From the NCBI RefSeq assembly GCF_009914755.1, contig NC_060928.1: a stretch of 64,000 bases of DNA. One strand, 5' to 3'. Each line of letters begins with the position of its first letter. Position 1 is the first letter of the stretch. Position numbers and translations under genes: made by a program. Below the pieces are notes generated by a model. That model was given only the letters and a program-made list of their open reading frames with translations, had not been told where the DNA came from and ran no database searches. Source of the DNA: the human T2T-CHM13v2.0 reference genome, Homo sapiens. Positions 12,719 to 26,535 of the stretch are shown here, one piece after another.

Positions 12719-14764
12719 TTGAGAAATGTCTGTTCATGTCCTTTGCCCACTTTTTAATTTTTTTTTTCTTGTAAACTTGTTAAGTTCCTTATAGATGCTG
12801 GATATTAACTTTTGTCAGACGCAAAGTTGGAAAATTTTTTCTCTGACTCTGTAAGTTCTCTGTTTACTCTGTTGATAGTTTCTTTTGCTGTGCAGAAACT
12901 CTTTAGTTTAATCAATTTTTGTCAATTTTTGCCTTTGTTGCAATTGCTTTTGGTGTCTTTGTCATGAAATCTTTGCCTGTGACTGTGTCCTGAATGATAT
13001 TATCTAGGTTTTCTTCTAGGGTTTTTACAGCTTTGGGTTTTCCCTTTAAGCCTTTAATCCATCTTGACCTGATTTTTGTATATGGTATAAAGAAGAGGTC
13101 CAGTTTCAATTTTCCTCATATTGCTAGAAAGTTTTACCAGCATTATTTATTAAATAGAGAAACCTTTTCCAATGCTTGTTTTTGTCAGTCTTTTTGAAGA
13201 TCAGATAGTTGTAGGTGTGCACTATTATTTCTGGGTTCTCTATCCTGTTCCATTGGCCTATGTGTCTGTTCCTATACCAGTACCATGCTGTTTTGTTTAC
13301 TGTAGCCCTATAGTATAGATTTAAGTCAGTTGGCATGATGCCTCCAGCTTTGTTCTTTTTGTGTAGGATTATTCTTTTTGTGCCAATTGTGAATGGGATT
13401 GTATTCCTGATTTGGCTCTTGGCTTGACTGTTGTTGGTATATTAGAATGCTAGTGATTTTTGCACATTGATGTCGTACCCTGAAAGTTTTTTGAAGCTGC
13501 TTGTCAGCTTAAGAAGCTTTTGGGCTGAAACACAGTGATGGAGTTTTCTAGATATAGGAACATGCCAACTGATTTGACTTCCTCTCTTTCTATTTGAATA
13601 CCCTTTATTTCTTTCTCTTGCCTGATTGCCCTGGCAGGAACTTCCAATACTCTATTGAATAGGATTGGTGAAAGAAGGCAACCTTGTCTTGTGCTGGATT
13701 TCAATGGGAATGCTTCCAGCTTTTGTCTCTACGGTATGATATTGGCTTTAGGTTTGTCATATATGTCTCTCATTATTTTGAGGTATGTTCCTTCAATATT
13801 TAGTTTATTGAAAGTTTTTAACATGAAGGGATGTTGCATTTTATTGAAGGCCTTTCTGCATTTATTGAGACAATCATGTGGTTTTTATCTTTATTTCTGT
13901 TTATGTGATGAATCACATTTATTGATTTGCGTATGTTGAACCAACCTTGCATCGTGGGAATGAAGCCTATTTAACTGTGGTGGATAAGCTTTTTGATGTG
14001 CTGCTGGATTCAGTTTACCAGTATGTTGTTGAGGATTTTTGCATCAATGTTCCTCAAGGCTATTGGCCCGAAGTTTTCTTTCTTTGTTGTATCTCTGCCA
14101 GCTTTTGGTACCAGGGTGATGCTGGCCTCATAGAATGAATGAGGGAGGAATCCCTCCTATTCAATTATTTGGAATAGTTTCAGTAGGAATGCTACCAGCT
14201 CTTCTTTGTACCTCTGGTGGAGTACAGCTGTGAATCTATCTGCTCCTGGGTTTTTTTTTTTTTTTTTTTTTTTCTGATTGATAGGCTATTTATTACTGCC
14301 TCAATTTTCAGAACTTGTTATTGGTCTATTTAGGGATTCAATTTCTTCCTGGTTCAGTCCTGGGAGGGTGTATGTGTCTAGGAATTTATCCATTTTTTTA
14401 GATTTTCTAGTTTATGTGCAGAGATAATATTCTATGATGGTTGTTTATATTTCTGTGGGATCAGTGGTAATATCCACCTTATCATTTCTGATTGTATTTA
14501 TTTGAATCTTATCTCTTTTCTTTTTATTATTCTAGCTAGTGGTCTATTTTATTAATTTTTTCAAAAAACCAGCCTTGGATTCATTAATTTTTTGGAGGGT
14601 TTTTCATGTCTCTATGTCCTTCAGTTTAGCTCTGATCTTGGTTATTTCTTGTCTTCTGCAAGCATTGGGGAGTGTTTGCTCTTGGTTGTCTAGTTTTTTG
14701 TTATGATGTTATGTTGTTAACTTGAGATCTTTCTAGCTTTTTGATGTGGCATTTAGTGCTATAA

Positions 14765-15066
<302 letters not shown>

Positions 15067-17244
15067 ATAAATTTCTCTCTTAAGACACTGCTTTAGCTGC
15101 ATCCCAGAGATTCCAGTATGTTGTCTCTTTGTTCTCATCAGTTTCAAAGTATTTCTTGATTTCTGCCTTAATTTTATTGTTTACCCGAAAGTAATTCAGA
15201 AGTACGTTGTTCAATTTCCATGTAATTGTATGCTTTTGAGTGAATTTCCTAATCTTGAGTTCTAATTTGATTGCATTGTAGTCTGAGAGACTGCATGATT
15301 TAAGTTCTTTTGCATTTGCTGAGGAGTGTTTTCCTTCCAATTACGTGATTAATTTTGGAGTAAGTGCTGTGTGGCAATAAGAAAAATGTATATTTTATTG
15401 TTTTTGAGCGGAGAGTTCTGCAGATATCTACCAGGTCCACTTAATCCAGAGCCGAGTTCAGGTCCTGAATATTTTTGTTTATTTTCTGTTTTTAAGATCT
15501 GTCTAATATTGTCAGTGAGGTGTTAAATTCTCCCACTATTATAGTGTGGGAGTCTAAGTCTCCTTGAAGGTCTCTAAGAACTTGCTCTACAAAACTGGGT
15601 GCTCCTACATTGGGTTCATATATATTTAGGATAATTAGCTCTTCTTGTTGAATGGAACCCTTTACCATTATGTAATGCCCTTATTTGTCCTTTTTCATCT
15701 TTGTTGGTTTAAAGTGTGTTTTGCTAGAAACTAAGATTGCAACCCCTGCTTTTTTATGTATTCTATTTGCTTGGTAATTTTTCTCCATCACTTTATTTTG
15801 AGCCTATGTGTGTCTTTGCATGTGAGATGGGTCTCTTGAAGACAGCATACCATGAGCCTTGGTTCTTTCTCCAGCTTGCCATTCTGGGTCTTTTAATTGG
15901 GGCATTTAGCACATTTACATTTAAGATTAGTATTGTTATGTGTGGATTTGATCCTGTCATCATGATGCTCACTGGTTATTTTGCAGACTTGTTTATATGG
16001 TTGCTTCATAGTGTCACTAGTCTGTGTACTTCAGTGTGTTTTTGTAGTGGCTGGTAATGATTTTTCCTTTCCATATTCAGTGCTTCCCTTCAGGGGCTCT
16101 TGAAAGGCAGGTCTGGTGATAACAGATACCCTCAGCATTTGCTTGTCTGAAAAGGATCTTATTTCTCCTTTACTTATGAAACTTAGTTTGGTCAGATATG
16201 AAATTCCGGGTTGGAAATTCTTTTTTTTTTTTTTTTTTTTGAGAAGATTGAATATTAGCCCCCAATCTCTTCTGGCTTGTAGAATTTCCACTGAGAGGTC
16301 CGCTGTTAGTCTGATGGGCTTCCCTTTGTAAGTGACCTCGTCTTTCTCTCTGGTTGCCCTTAACATTTTTTCTTTCATTTCGACCATGGAGAATCTGATG
16401 ATTATGTGTCTTGGGGATGGTCTTTTCATGGCATATCTTACTGGGGTTCTCTGGATTTCCCAAGTTTGATTGTTGGTCTACCTAGCTAGGTTGGGGAAGC
16501 TCTCCTGGTTGATATCCTGAAGTATGTTTTCCAACTTGGTTCCATTCTCTCCATCTCTTTCAGGTACCCCAATCAGTCATAGTTTCAGTCTCTACAGAAT
16601 CCCATATTTCTCTTTCATTCTTTTTTCCCTATTCTTTTCTGCCTGTCTTATTTCAGAAAATCTTCTAGCTCTGAGATTCTTTCCTCTGCTTGGTCTATTC
16701 TACTATTAATATTCATGATTTCATTATGAAGTTCTTGTAGTGTGTTTTTCAGCTCTGTCAGATTGGTTATATCCCTCTCTCTAGTGGCTATTTTGTATGT
16801 AAGTTCCTGCATTTTTTTATCATGATTTTTAACTTCTTTGAATTGGGTTACAACATGCTCCTTTAGCTCTGCAAAGTTCTTTTTTTTTTTTTTCCGCATT
16901 CTGAAGCCTACTTCTATCTTTTCAGCCATCTCAGCCTCAGCCCAGTTCAGTACTCTTGCTGGAGAGGTGTTGAGGTCATACGAAGGACAGGAGGCACTGT
17001 GGCTTTTTGAGTTTTCAGCATTTTTGCACTGCTTTTTTCTTGTTTTTGTGGGGTTATCTACCTTTCGTCTTTAAGGTTGCCAGCCTTTGGATGGAGATTT
17101 TGCTTTTTTTGTTGTTTTTGTTTGTTTGTTTTTCTTTTAACACTCTGGCCACTCATCCATAGGGCTGCTGCAGTTTACTGGGGGTCCACTCCAGACCCTA
17201 CTTGTTTTGGCTTTTCCAGTACCTGGATATATCCCCAGTGAAGA

Positions 17245-18100
17245 CTGTGAAACAGCAAAGATGGCAGCCTGCTGCTTTCTCTGGAAGCCCTGTCCCAGGT
17301 GGGTATTGACCTGTTGCCAGCCCGAATGCTCCTATAAATGGTGACAGAGAGCCCAGTTGGGAGGTCTCACTCAGTCAGGAAGAACAGGATCATGGATCTG
17401 CTAAAAGAAGCAATCTGGCTGAGTTTTGGTAGAGAAGCTGTGCTGTACTGGGGATCCCTTCAGCCCCCTATTGGTTTGGGCTCTCCAAGACCTGTATGCT
17501 GGATTGGCTGAGATGCCCAAACAGCAAAGGTGGTGGCCTGCCCCACCCCTCCACATGCTGTATCACAGGGATGAATTAGAGCTCTGTTGGCTATAAAACA
17601 CAGGTGGAGGTGGCCAGAGGCTGCAGCTGGGAGGACCCTCCAAGTGAGGAGGAATGGATCCAGGTCCTGTTTAAAGAAACCATCTGTCCATGCTTGGACA
17701 AAACAGCCATGCTGTGCTGGGGAACCAGCTCTGCCCTAGTTAGCTTGGACTCTCCAAAGCTGGCAGGCTGGACCACTGAGTCACCCAAACAGCAAAGATG
17801 ATGGTCTGCCGCTCCCACCAGGCACTCTGTCCCAGGGAGAAATTAGAATTCTGTCCATAGAATATGGGTGGGCAGGGGTCATTAGAGGCCTCAGCTGGGA
17901 GGTCCCACTCAGTGAGGAGGAATGGATAGGGGTCCCACTTAAAAAAGCTGTCTGGCCACATTCTGGCAAAGCAGCTGTGTTGCACTAGGGAAACTCTTCC
18001 TTGACTGGACTGTTTGGACTCTGCAAAGCCTGTAGGCTGGAACAGCTGAGTTGACCAAACAGCAAGGATGGCAGCCTGTCCCTCCCCACTGGGGAATCTG
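17245..18100 (-). repeat. ~268-bp tandem units in the L1 5'UTR
   Basis: Anchor aacagcaa(a/g)g(a/g)tg recurs at ~17251, 17519, 17788 and 18058. Confidence 0.85.
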
Positions 18101-18829
18101 TCCTGTCATGTAGGCTCCACTTTGATGCCAGTGGCTGGCTGGAATTCCAAGCCAGTGGGTCTTATCTTGTGAGGTGCTGTGGAAGTAGGGCCCTCAGACT
18201 GATGTTGCTTGGCCCTTGGATTCTGTCCCCTTCCTAGGGGTATGTATGGATCTCCTGCCTTTCCTGTGTTGTAGTCACCTTTGCTGGGAATCCTGGGGCT
18301 GAAGTATATAAAGCTCCTGGATCTTTGTACATGTCTGAGCAGCTGATCTGCTGAGACTCCACACAGCTCTGTGTGTCTGACCCAAGGCCTGGTGGCACGG
18401 GCTCACAAGGGGATCTCCTGATCTGAAGGTTGCAAAGATCTATGGGAAAAGTATGGTATCCTGGGATTGCACATTCACTCACCACTTCCCTTGGCTGGGA
18501 ATGGAGGTTGCCTTGGCTCTGTGTCACTCCCAGGTGGGCCATCTCCCTGCCCTGCTTTTCTTTATTCTCCGTGGGTCGAATTGTTTCCCTGATCAATCCC
18601 AATGTGAGTACCTGGATATTTCAGGTGAAGGTGCTGTATTTGCTTTCCTCTTTCATTTCTCTCTGTGAGTGTCACATACTGCAGCTACTTCTAATTGGAC
18701 ATCTTGTATAACAGATTTTTCTCTCTTGACCTTGTAAGCAATAACTTTCCCAAAATAATTTATTAATTTAAAAAATAGATGTGTAGATTGTTTTGTATTT
18801 TCTATGAATATTGTCACATTATGAGATAG

Positions 18830-19020
18830 TACAAGATAGTGATTAAGAGTATAGGTTCCAGAACATGGCTCTCTGTATTTCAATTCCAGCTCTGCCACTT
18901 TTGGGTAGATCTTTGGTAAATCTGTTTAAACTATTTCAGTCTGTTATCTTATCTCTAAAAATGCCATAATTATAGTACCTACCTCATAAGGATTTTTTTG
19001 AGGTTTAATTCAGTGCTTAG
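18830..19020 (+). mobile_element. MIR
   Basis: aattccagctctgccact...atagtacctacctcataagg. Confidence 0.8.
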
Positions 19021-19084
19021 TTGGTTGAGCTCCCTGAGAAAGCTAGCTAACTATATTTAGAAAACCAAGAGTACATCTATGTGT

Positions 19085-19995
19085 ATTTTTTTAAATAAAA
19101 TTTTTACTTTAGAATAGTTTTAGATTTACAAAAAAATTGCAAATATAGTACAGAGTTCCCATTACCCTCTATCCAGCTTCCTCTATTATTAGTATCTAAC
19201 ATTAATACAGTACATTTGTAAAAATTAGTGAGAATTACATATTCTTATTAAGTGAAGTCCATATTCAGATTTTCTTGGTTTTCAACTAATATCCCTTTTT
19301 TTCTTTTCTGGGACTCCATCCAAGATAACACATTACATTTAGTCATGATGTCTCTTTAGGCTACTCTAGGCTATTGACAGTTCTTCAGACTTTCCTTGCT
19401 TTTGATGACCTTGTTGGTTTTGAGAAGTGCTAGGTGTTTTGTAGGATGTGCTTCAGCAGGCATGCAACTAATCTTTTTCACATGCTTCAACTGGGATTAT
19501 TTGTATTTGAAAGGAAATAAAGTGCCATTCTTATCACATCATATCAAGGGTACATACTATCAACATGGCTTGTCAATGTTGATATTAACCTTGATCATCT
19601 GGCTAGATAGCATTTCTCAGGCTTCTCCACTGTAAGGTTACTATCCCCCCAACCCTTTCTGTAATGTATTCTTTGCAAGGATGCCACTATGTGCAGTCTA
19701 CATCTCAGGAATGAGGAGCTATGCTCCACCGCCTTGTGTGCACAGATTCTCGATACATTATTTGAAGTACTTCTACAGGGAAGATTTGTCTCTTCTTATT
19801 TATTTATTTATCCAATTGTTTATTTATGTTAGTATAAACTCATGAATATTTATTTTATGGGGCTGTAATACAATACTAGTTTATTAATTTTGTTGTTCAA
19901 ATTGTTCTGGTTATGGTCACTGGCAGCTCCTTTAGTTAGTTCCCATATCCCTTTGACATGGACATATTCCATAATGTAGGTTTTTTTTTCTTTTT
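19085..19995 (-). mobile_element. L1MC1/L1MC2 3' end
   Basis: ttagaatagttttagatttacaaaaaaattgcaaatatagtacagagttccc terminus. Confidence 0.8.
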
Positions 19996-20042
19996 AAGCA
20001 CTCATATAAAATAGAAAAAAATTTAAAAGCCTCTAATAGAAA

Positions 20043-20408
20043 TGTCTTAGTCCATTCAGGCTGCTATAACAAAGTACCATAGACTGGGTGGCTTATAAAT
20101 AACAGAAATGTATTTATCATAGTTTTGGAGGCTGGGAAATCCAAGATAAAAGTGCCAGCAGATATGGTGTCTGGTAAGAGCCTGTTTTTTGGTTCATAGA
20201 TGGTGACTTCTTGCTGTGTCCTCACATGGTGGAAGGGGCAAGGTAGCTTTCTGGGGTCTCTTTTCTAGGGCACTAATCTCATTAATTAGAAGTAGGCCCT
20301 CATGACTTCATCACCTTCCAAAAGGACCCACTTGCTAATACCATTACCTTGAAGATTAGGATTTCACCATATAAAATTTTGGAAAACAGCAACATTCAGA
20401 CCTTACCA
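20043..20408 (-). mobile_element. MLT1A0 solo LTR
   Basis: tgtcttagtccattcaggctgctataacaaa ... aacattcagacc. Confidence 0.88.
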
Positions 20409-21661
20409 GGTAAACAAGAAAAACCATAAAAGAATAAGCTCATGAATACATTCTAAAGAACTGAATTTTTAATATTCTGTACAAAAAAAGTGAGAAAACA
20501 CTCAATTGCATTAAAGTATATGATGTTATGTATCCTAGTTGTTAGAATTAGTACTACTAAGCACAGGACAATGGGAAATGGAGAAGAATTTAGAAATTTA
20601 TTTTTGAATATGTGGCTTGTGGACACTCTGGAATTGCCAAGGCAATCTATCTCTGATTGTTACACTATAGGAGGAGGAGGTGGTTGCAAAGGAGTTGGAG
20701 GAAGAGGAGAAGGAGGAAGGCTTTGGGTAACTGTGACGGGAGCTAATTTTTAGTGAGTACTTACGCTATATTCCTGGTACTTTGCATATGTTATATCATT
20801 TGAAAAATAGGCACCTTCCTCAGTTTTTTTTTTCTGCTCAAAGTCTGGGGAATACATTTAACAGACTTGTTCTCATGCTGCACTGTAGTTCTGTGAATCA
20901 TCAAAAGCCAACTGAAGAATTTCAGAAGCATTAGTTATTTTTATAGAAATGAATCAAACTATATCTGAATTCGATAGGAATGACCTTTTTTTTTTTGCTA
21001 CTCTGATACTCCCCTTTGTAAGTTTCTAATAATAAGCAGTGAGGTACAAAGAACAGAATGTAGAGCACAGCTTGTTCCAAATACATCAATTTTGAAGTGA
21101 CCTTTACTTTGCAGTTACTAAAAGCACACCACTAACTTTTATAATCTAATCTGCTGTTGCTGATAAACACAATTCAAGAGAGTGAGACCATGAACCTTTG
21201 ACTCATGTGTGATGCATGATGCTTGGAGACTCCGACTGAGAACAATCTACTTTCCCTGTTGTGGCACTGACCTTGGATTATCACCTGTATTTGGTTCAAG
21301 TAATGAGATTCTCAGGTGGAATAACACATTTATTTTCCCCTAGAATTTAAAAGATCTCCCGGGCAAGTTGTTATTACCAGGCAAGACAGGGATCCTTGAT
21401 TTCCAGGTCTCCCTTGTTCTCTTGACAACTTAACCATTCCAGACTTTTGCTTCTGACTTGTAGCCCAGAATAAACACCTAGAGGTTTTTGGGCTCCTGAA
21501 ATATCTTCAAAACCACCTAGAGAGGATATTTTCCTAGCTTTTTTTTTTCACTTTCTCCTAGCCAAGATTCTTTAACCTATATTTAAATTTAGGTACATTT
21601 AACCTACATTTAGAGAAAGAAGAACCCACCTGCATTTTAATGAACTGTTTAAATACAATTT

Positions 21662-21950
<289 letters not shown>

Positions 21951-21952
21951 AG

Positions 21953-22272
21953 TTTTTTTTTTTTTTTTTTTTTTTTTTTAGACAGGATCTCACTCTGATT
22001 GCCCAGGCGGGAGTGCAGTGGTGCAATCCTGGCTCACTGCAGCCTCAACTTCCCAAGCTCAGGTAATCCTCACACCACAGCCTCCCAAGTAGCTGGGACT
22101 ACAGGCCTGTGCCACGACACCCAGCTATTTTTTTTTTTTTTTTTGTATTTTTAGTAGAGATAAGGTTTTGCCATGTAGCCCTGGCTGTTCTCAAACTCCT
22201 GGGCTCAAGCAATCTGCCCACCTCAGCCTCTCAAAGTGCTAGGATTACAGACATGAGCCACCACACCCTGCC
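21953..22272 (-). mobile_element. AluJ
   Basis: gcagcctcaacttccc and ctcctgggctcaagcaatc J diagnostics; TSD ttaaata(c/t)aattt at 21649 and 22273 encloses both Alus. Confidence 0.9.
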
Positions 22273-22297
22273 TTAAATATAATTTCTATAAAGTTGG

Positions 22298-22850
22298 TGC
22301 ATTAGTATTCTAGTGTTGTTGTAACAAATTACTATTTAATTTGGTGACTTTAAACAACAGAAATTTATTCTCTCAGTTCTGGAGGCAAGAAATCTGATAT
22401 CACTGTGTTGGCAGTGCCATGCTCCCTCTGAAGGCTCTGGGGAAAAATCCTTCCTTGTTTCTTTGTAGCATCTGATGGCTGCCCAAAATCCTTGGTGTTC
22501 CCTGGCTTGTAACTGCATCACTCTAATCTCTGCCTCCATCTTCAGATGTCTTTCTCCTCTGTGTGTCTGTATGTGCCTCTCCTCCTCTTAGATGGTCCAA
22601 AGTCATTGGATTTAGACTCCACTCTTATTTATTTTTTATTTACTTTTTAAAAATTTTTTGTGGGTACATAGTAAGTATATATATTTATGGAGCACATGAA
22701 ATGTTTTGATACAGGCATCTACCCTCATTTAGTATGACCTCATCTTACCCTGACTCATTATGTTTGTAAAGATGCTATTTCCAAATAAGTTCACATCTTG
22801 AAGCTCCAAGGTGACCTGAATTTTTGAGGACACTGTTCAACCCACTATTA
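22298..22850 (-). mobile_element. MLT1C-type solo LTR, interrupted by a ~90-bp L1MA 3' tip (about 22625-22717)
   Basis: gtaacaaattact...gccatgctccctctgaaggctct...caacccact; insert ttgtgggtacatagtaagtatatatatttatgg...gatacaggcat. Confidence 0.8.
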
Positions 22851-23251
22851 CTATTAGAAGCAAAGTAGAAGTAGAATCAGGGGCAGGTTAAAGAGTCTTC
22901 TGAGATTGCATGTGGGAAACACTGATAAATGTTGGCTGACAAATGGAGAGTGAGAGAAAGGCTAAAAACTCTAAAACACACTTATGTGTTGTGTGCATTA
23001 CATCACAGCTCCCAAATGTATACACATAAGTATCATATCAGGAATGTGTTTCTGTGTGGGTTTGCCCCATTACTAGTTCACAGAGAACATTGTATAAATA
23101 TTAACTTGGCTATGTATTTATATATGCAATATATAAGAAAATTAAGACACACTAATTACCTATTTTGTAAGTAAATGCAAACATTTAGCTGTGAATTTGT
23201 CAGCAAATATATATGTTTATGTGCAAATGTTAAGAGGTACATGTAAGTCAT

Positions 23252-23254
<3 letters not shown>

Positions 23255-23304
<50 letters not shown>
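23255..23304. repeat. Perfect (TA)25 microsatellite
   Basis: Direct reading. Confidence 0.98.
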
Positions 23305-23305
<1 letters not shown>

Positions 23306-23348
23306 CCATTGACAGTATCATTCATTTAAAGTAAGACACTTGTACTAT

Positions 23349-23812
23349 TGTAGCAGGATGAGCCACAGACAAGAACCCCTCAGACACTGAGTTGTGGAAG
23401 GAAAGGGCTTTATTCAGCTGGGAGCATTGGTGAGCTCATGTCTACAAAAACCAAGCTCCTGAGTGAGCAATTCCTGTCCCTTTTAAGGGCTTACAGCTCT
23501 AAAGGGGTCCACGTGAGAGGGTCGTGATTGATTGAGCAAGCAGTGGGCATGTGACCGGGGGCTGCATGCACCAGTAATCAGAATGGAACAGAACAGGACA
23601 GGGATTTTCACAATGCTCTTCCATACAATGTCCGGAATCTATAGATAACATAACTGGTTAGATTAGAGGTGGATCTTTAACTGCCAGGCCCAGGGTGTGG
23701 CACCGGGCTGTCTGCCTGTGGATTTCATTTCTGCCTTTTAGTTTTTACTTCTTTTTTTCTTTGGAGGCAGAAATTGGGCATATGACAATATGAGGGGTGG
23801 TCTCCTCCCTTA
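23349..23812 (-). mobile_element. 3' LTR (LTR2 family)
   Basis: Minus strand taagggaggagaccacccctcatattgtc ... cctgctaca. Confidence 0.92.
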
Positions 23813-23825
23813 TTCCCCACCTTTG
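23813..23825 (-). promoter_or_regulatory. Polypurine tract
   Basis: Minus strand aaaggtggggaa immediately before the 3' LTR. Confidence 0.8.
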
Positions 23826-23869
23826 AGAACCAAACTCATTAGTGGGAGTTCTCACTTTCATCCTCACTA

Positions 23870-25879
23870 CCCATGTCTTCTTGCAAGTCAGATGAATAGT
23901 GATTCATATAGTACACATGTGCTGAAACACTTTGATGGACTAAGGTAGTAACACAACTTTCCATTACTTGAAAGAGCAAAGGCAGCACACAGGGAAGCAA
24001 CAAGCAGGTTTCTATTACTATTATAATTCCTATTATAGGAGTTTTAAATTATCCTAGTGCTGGAAACCGTTTTCCAAACATAGTCCTAGGATTAAACCCT
24101 TGCCACACCTGCACGGGCACATGTGCCAGCTTTGTGATATCTTTATATCTTCAACTACTTGCCCTTGGTCATCTGTGTGCACACAGCAATTGGTTAGGTT
24201 AAACTTTCCACAGACCCCTCCTTCAGCTGCTAGCAAGTAGTCTAGGGTTAGTCTATTTTTATAGATAGCATTTTTCATCTGAGTTTCTTGCCAGGCCAGA
24301 ATAGTCAAGGCTCTGCCAGTTTTATTAGTGATTGTTTCTAAGACAGCTTGTAACCATATGATTCAGTTGAGCATGTAAATGGGGGTCCAGTATCCCCAAG
24401 AGCTGCCTTGTACCCAAGTAGCAGGCCCATAATATTGTATGATTCTCTCAGGGGTCCATTCATCATCTTTCCAATTTTCTATAGCTATGCTTCTCTTTTC
24501 GTGGGAAGCATAAACAGGGAAGCCCAGGAGTTTACCTGTTTTTATGGGTAGTAGGAAGAAAGATGGTTTAACACAACTATCTGCCCACTGGTCAGGTAAT
24601 TTGGCATAAGCTTTATGCCCACATATCCAGTATAATCCAGTGGGGGCTGTCCAGTCCCGGTGGGACTCCGGGTGGGTCCACACAGTTTGCAACTTTGGAA
24701 TTTACTAAATGGATTCCTTTCTATGTGATTTGAACTCCATCAAGTGACTGTTTCTGTGGTACCATTATACAGTTTCTGTCCTAGACAACTAAGTCATCCT
24801 ATGGGTTGAGTGAATTATTTTTCTTCTCTAGCTATGCAATATTGTCCAATAATTGAGGCTTTTAGGACCCAGAAATTATTAGGGTGATTCTTTTGAGCCA
24901 GGAATTCATTAGGAACTGAGTCTGTAGGTACTCATTCTTGGGCTTCCCATGACCATTGATTTCCCATTACAGTTCCTCCACATACGTAACATGAAGTGAC
25001 ATTGAGAGACTGGGCTACATGCTCAGCTAATTGCAAAAACAAATTTCTTGTTTTTCCTGGAATTTCTGGTACTGGCACATTTAGTTCATCATAGAAAGTT
25101 TGAAGCACTGCCTCAGGAGAGCGTTTGTAAACTTCTCCTCGAACTAAGATATTTACTTGAGGATCCAGTATGGCCCCATCAATTCCTAGGGTCACACGCT
25201 CCCCTTTTTTCCAGTGAGGATCAGGGGGATTGGTTATTACTAGCTCTAAGGGGTTACATAGTCCCTTAGTACAGGAAGGGCCACTTTTTTTCTTTCTGAA
25301 GGCGGACTGGATCCTGTTCATTCTTTATCCAAGTGGCCCAAATGACACAAGACCAGTATCCACATTTATTTCCACACAGTCCTAATTTATGACAAATGTA
25401 CTTATTTTTGGTCATATAGCCTTTCTCCCAATTAAAAGAGCCACATCCCATCCTAACTTATTGCCATTAATGACAGCACAGGCATCAAATTTTAAGATTA
25501 TGTGTTTGGGCACCCCTTTTTATTCTGTTTTGGCTAATACTTTACTTGTGTCATTTACAAGTCCCCACCAGTCTTCAGTCCTTAATCTCATTTCAAAAAC
25601 TGTGGACATGGGAGGCTCAGAGGGGTTAAAACACATCATGTTGGTCACTCCCTGGGCTACATAACTTGTACTGGGTGGCATTATACAAACAAGTCCTTTT
25701 GAGAGTTCCACACATTTATAATAACTATAGGACAAAAAGATAGTTTTAACTTTTTGCCCTACCTTAGTGACCTGATGTATACACTGGGAACAGTCCTTAG
25801 TTTGAGAAAGGTCAGTTGAAGTCCCTACTGTACAAGTCCAAAATTTAAGGAAAGTAAGTCCCACGGTGAGTTTCCTCAT
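23870..25879 (-). pseudogene. env: HERV-E-type env, frameshifted
   Basis: MRKLTVGLTFLKFWT leader, NLFLQLAEHVAQSLNVTSCYVCGG, HEKR cleavage site, [30 protein letters not shown] and CX6CC; split across 5 ORFs. Confidence 0.9.
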
Positions 25880-26535
25880 GCTTCTGTCATGTGTGCACCA
25901 GTCAGCTTTCGGGTGTGACTGGAGCAGGGCTTGTCATCTTCTTCAGAGTCACTTTGCAGAGATTGTTCAGGCTTGGTCTCGCCCCCCAGGTCTCAGGTGC
26001 TGGGGATTTCACGTGGCTGTGGTGGATCCAGGCTGGGATTCCTTTTACTTTTACAGCTGTGGGAGTGGTCAAGACAACGGTTTGGGGTCCTTTTCACCAT
26101 GGCCGCAAGGGGCCTACGTTCTAATCCTTGGTCTACACCTGATCACCTTTGCTGTCTTCTGTACCAAGTCAGCCACAAACGCCAGCTCGTTGTCCGTGCC
26201 AATTTATAAGGGAAGTCCAAACCTAGGGATGAGATCTCCATATTTGGGCATCTTGGTGAAGTCTACTTGGAGATCTTCAAAGGGGGCTGCTCTTTAAGCC
26301 TGTATGCCAGGTGGGACAGTTGGACCTTGCCTAGCATTGTGCTGCTGGGAGGTGACACACTGCTGTGCCACTGTTTTGGCAAGGGCTAACAGATGCAAGA
26401 TGTAGAAGTACCAGCTTAACAACTTTTCAAGTGACTCTTGGCCTAGCTGGGTGGTCTCATGCACAGTCAGTATGACTGTGGCTCCTAGCAGTTGTGGCAT
26501 GGCTATTCTTCCAACCGATAACTGGATCCATCCTT
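25880..26535 (-). pseudogene. pol: HERV-E-type pol integrase remnant with internal deletions
   Basis: HETTQLGQESLEKLL...CVTSQQHNARQGPTVPPGIQA, degraded HHCC zinc-finger region. Confidence 0.8.

Noticed and set aside
16031-16929. Poly-lysine tracts in L1 ORF1 resembling an NLS
   Set aside because: Homopolymer A expansions in a dead, frameshifted ORF1
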